Shown here: positions 12,313 to 14,044 of the stretch, piece by piece | How the letters are laid out: the number at the start of each line of letters is the position of its first letter | Position numbering within the stretch: the stretch's first letter is position 1 | Assembly: GCA_964421955.1 (NCBI GenBank) | Contig: CAYQYU010000018.1 | Location: 1 to 14,044 of the forward strand | Length of the DNA: 14,044 bases | Source of the DNA: an uncultured archaeon | Lineage (GTDB): Archaea > Nanohalarchaeota > Nanosalinia > Nanosalinales > Nanosalinaceae | Direction of reading: 5' to 3' | Made by a program: the position numbers and the translations under genes | The notes under the pieces: model-generated | Seen by the model: only the letters and a program-made list of their open reading frames with translations | The model's database searches: none | Told to the model about the DNA's origin: nothing

Positions 12313-13824
12313 ATGGCGGTTGATCATACAGGGCCTAGAGAGTTCCATAAGGAAAGTGTCTGCTGGCCTCCTGGGACAGAGCTGACTAACGAGGTTGAAA
12401 GCTATTTTGCAGAGTAAGCACTTGTGCTGGATCACTTTTTAGGCCAGTATGCTTCTGAGATAAGTATCACACAGGACTTTGCCTCTCGTAAAGGTATAGA
12501 AGATAGATGGAGCCATGAAGAAGCTTTCGATCAATCCTATATACCAGAACCGTATGACACACCTGACATCTGGGGTTTTTCTCCCGAAGATGTCGATGGA
12601 GATATACTGGATATAGTATTCTCTGATTCCTTCCAGAATTTACGTGGGAAATCCCAGCAGGGTATTGTATCGTCATTTATCAACAGGTTTGGCACAAGCC
12701 GTTTCGAGCACTCTGTAGATGCTCTTTTCCTGCTGCGGATGCTGGCTTCGAGGTCTTCAGTTGATATAGAGCCGGCTCTTGAGTTGAGAACGATCAGCCA
12801 TGATATCGGCCATGGTGCGGGATCGCACTGGAGTGAAATGGTGATGGGTGACGACTATAGCATCCATGATAAAAGAGCCAGAAAAGTTCTGGAAGCTGAG
12901 GGGTTATGGGGCCGGATAGAACAGAGGTACGGCGATATTTTCGAGCAGAAATATCCGCTCCTGGAAGCTTCGAAACCAGATCTTTCAATTGACCGGCTAG
13001 CGTATATCCTGAAAGATGCCTGGAAACTGAAAGGGCCTGAGGGTTTCTATCCTGAAGACCCTATTCGCCAGAACGGAAACAAAATAGAGGACGTAGTAGA
13101 CTGGAAAGATGTCGAACTTATACTGGACGACATAGAGATTCATACAGAGCTCAGGAATGAGGGGAAACAACAGGAACTAGTTTTCACAGGGGAAGAAGCG
13201 GCCGAAGAACTTGTTTACCTGTACCGGGATCTTGAGGAAAAAGTCTACTTCAACCCGGAGTATGACCTGGTCAACCAGGTTTTCGCAGACGCCGCAGTAA
13301 TGGCTTTGAACGATCATGATATTTCTGTAGAAGAACTCTTCGCACTACCAGACAGCCACGCAATGAACCTTATAGCTGGAAATTCGAGGGCAAGAAATCA
13401 CATGGATGAAATGTTTGACAGACTCAAGAATGGCTACGAAGCTGTCAGGACGGGAGATGATCCAGATATACAGGTAGAACTCAGGAGAGATACGATCAAC
13501 CCGAAGATCAGAGACCGCCCTGATCAGAGACTGGAAGACATGCGAAGATCATCAGAAATATCCCATGTGGAAGGAGATATTGAAGAGTACAGGGAAAGAG
13601 ATGGAGAAGTCATAGCTTACAGCTTCCTGAACTGGGATTACCCGGATGTCCAGCTCTCCAATGATATAGTTGAAACCTGGGAAGAAACGGATTATGTGCC
13701 GGGGAGGCCAAAATATGAGAAACCAGGGACTCTGGTCGGACCCCACCAGAGAGACGGTTCCTACTGGTTCCAGAAAATGAAAGACCTCAGAAAAGGTATT
13801 GCGGAAGAACACTACAAAATGTAA
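12313..13824 (+). CDS. HD-superfamily phosphohydrolase (SAMHD1/dNTP-triphosphohydrolase-like core), with an in-frame TAA at 12415-12417 or else a GTG start at 12424
   Basis: FQNLRGKSQQG, SRFEHS, HDIGHGAGSH and IDRLAYILKD. The ATG at 12313 is in frame with the 12424-13824 ORF and separated from it by a single stop. Confidence 0.75.
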
Positions 13825-13989
13825 GGTTCTTGCCTGTAGAAATCTAGTAAAGGTAGCGGAACACGGCGTTTCGGATTCAAACGCTGTTCGAGCGACGCAC
13901 TATATAGGAAATTGCGGTGCCCGGGATTTCTACCCCGAGCTTGTGCGCAAAGTTCGATCATGCGAAAACTAAAGGTGGTCATGTTGATT

Positions 13990-14005
13990 GAACTGACAGC
14001 AGTTC
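13990..14005 (-). terminator. Short hairpin directly 3' of the tRNA
   Basis: GAACTG-CTGT-CAGTTC begins at the discriminator base. There is no clear U-tract, so a terminator role is uncertain. Confidence 0.25.
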
Positions 14006-14044
14006 GAGCCCGCAGGGATTTGAACCCTGGACCTAGCGGTGTCT
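14005..14044 (-). tRNA. 3' part of a tRNA gene cut by the window edge; Lys- or Arg-like (G73), probably intron-containing
   Basis: Minus strand reads AGAC-A-CCGCT-AGGTC-CAGGG-TTCAAAT-CCCTG-CGGGCTC-G: T-arm, variable loop and acceptor 3' strand. The anticodon cannot be determined. Confidence 0.8.

Noticed and set aside
14036-14044. Calling the terminal tRNA Val(GAC)
   Set aside because: It would need A at position 33 and a G73 discriminator, both unlike tRNA-Val. An intron end is more plausible.
1-14044. CRISPR array or tandem repeat array
   Set aside because: No regularly spaced direct repeats were seen anywhere in the window.

Overview
Archaeal DNA, most consistent with a halophilic DPANN organism such as Nanohaloarchaeota. 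This is inferred from rpl40e, intron-containing tRNA, GGTGA Shine-Dalgarno sites, TATA-like boxes about 25 nt before leaderless starts and very acidic proteins. The left 9.4 kb is a thiol/methionine redox cluster. Two diverged copies of a three-gene module bracket it: a two-Cys HxlR regulator, a CPHC thioredoxin, and a 30-32 aa acidic C2H2 zinc-finger microprotein that the ORF track missed. Between the copies lie an SDR oxidoreductase, a DUF3179 protein, a membrane-anchored MsrA, a membrane protein with a CxxC domain, CcdA, a TlpA-like redoxin and a GH15 glucoamylase. A candidate operator, TTAC-N6-G(T/A)AA, sits 38-39 nt upstream of three of the start codons. The right part has small membrane proteins, a tRNA-Thr(GGT) interrupted by a 190-nt hairpin-dense intron with no canonical BHB motif, rpl40e, a doubly frameshifted amphi-Trp gene, uppP, an HD phosphohydrolase with an in-frame stop near its 5' end, and the 3' exon of a second tRNA. 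Several short genes are broken while the long ones are mostly intact.
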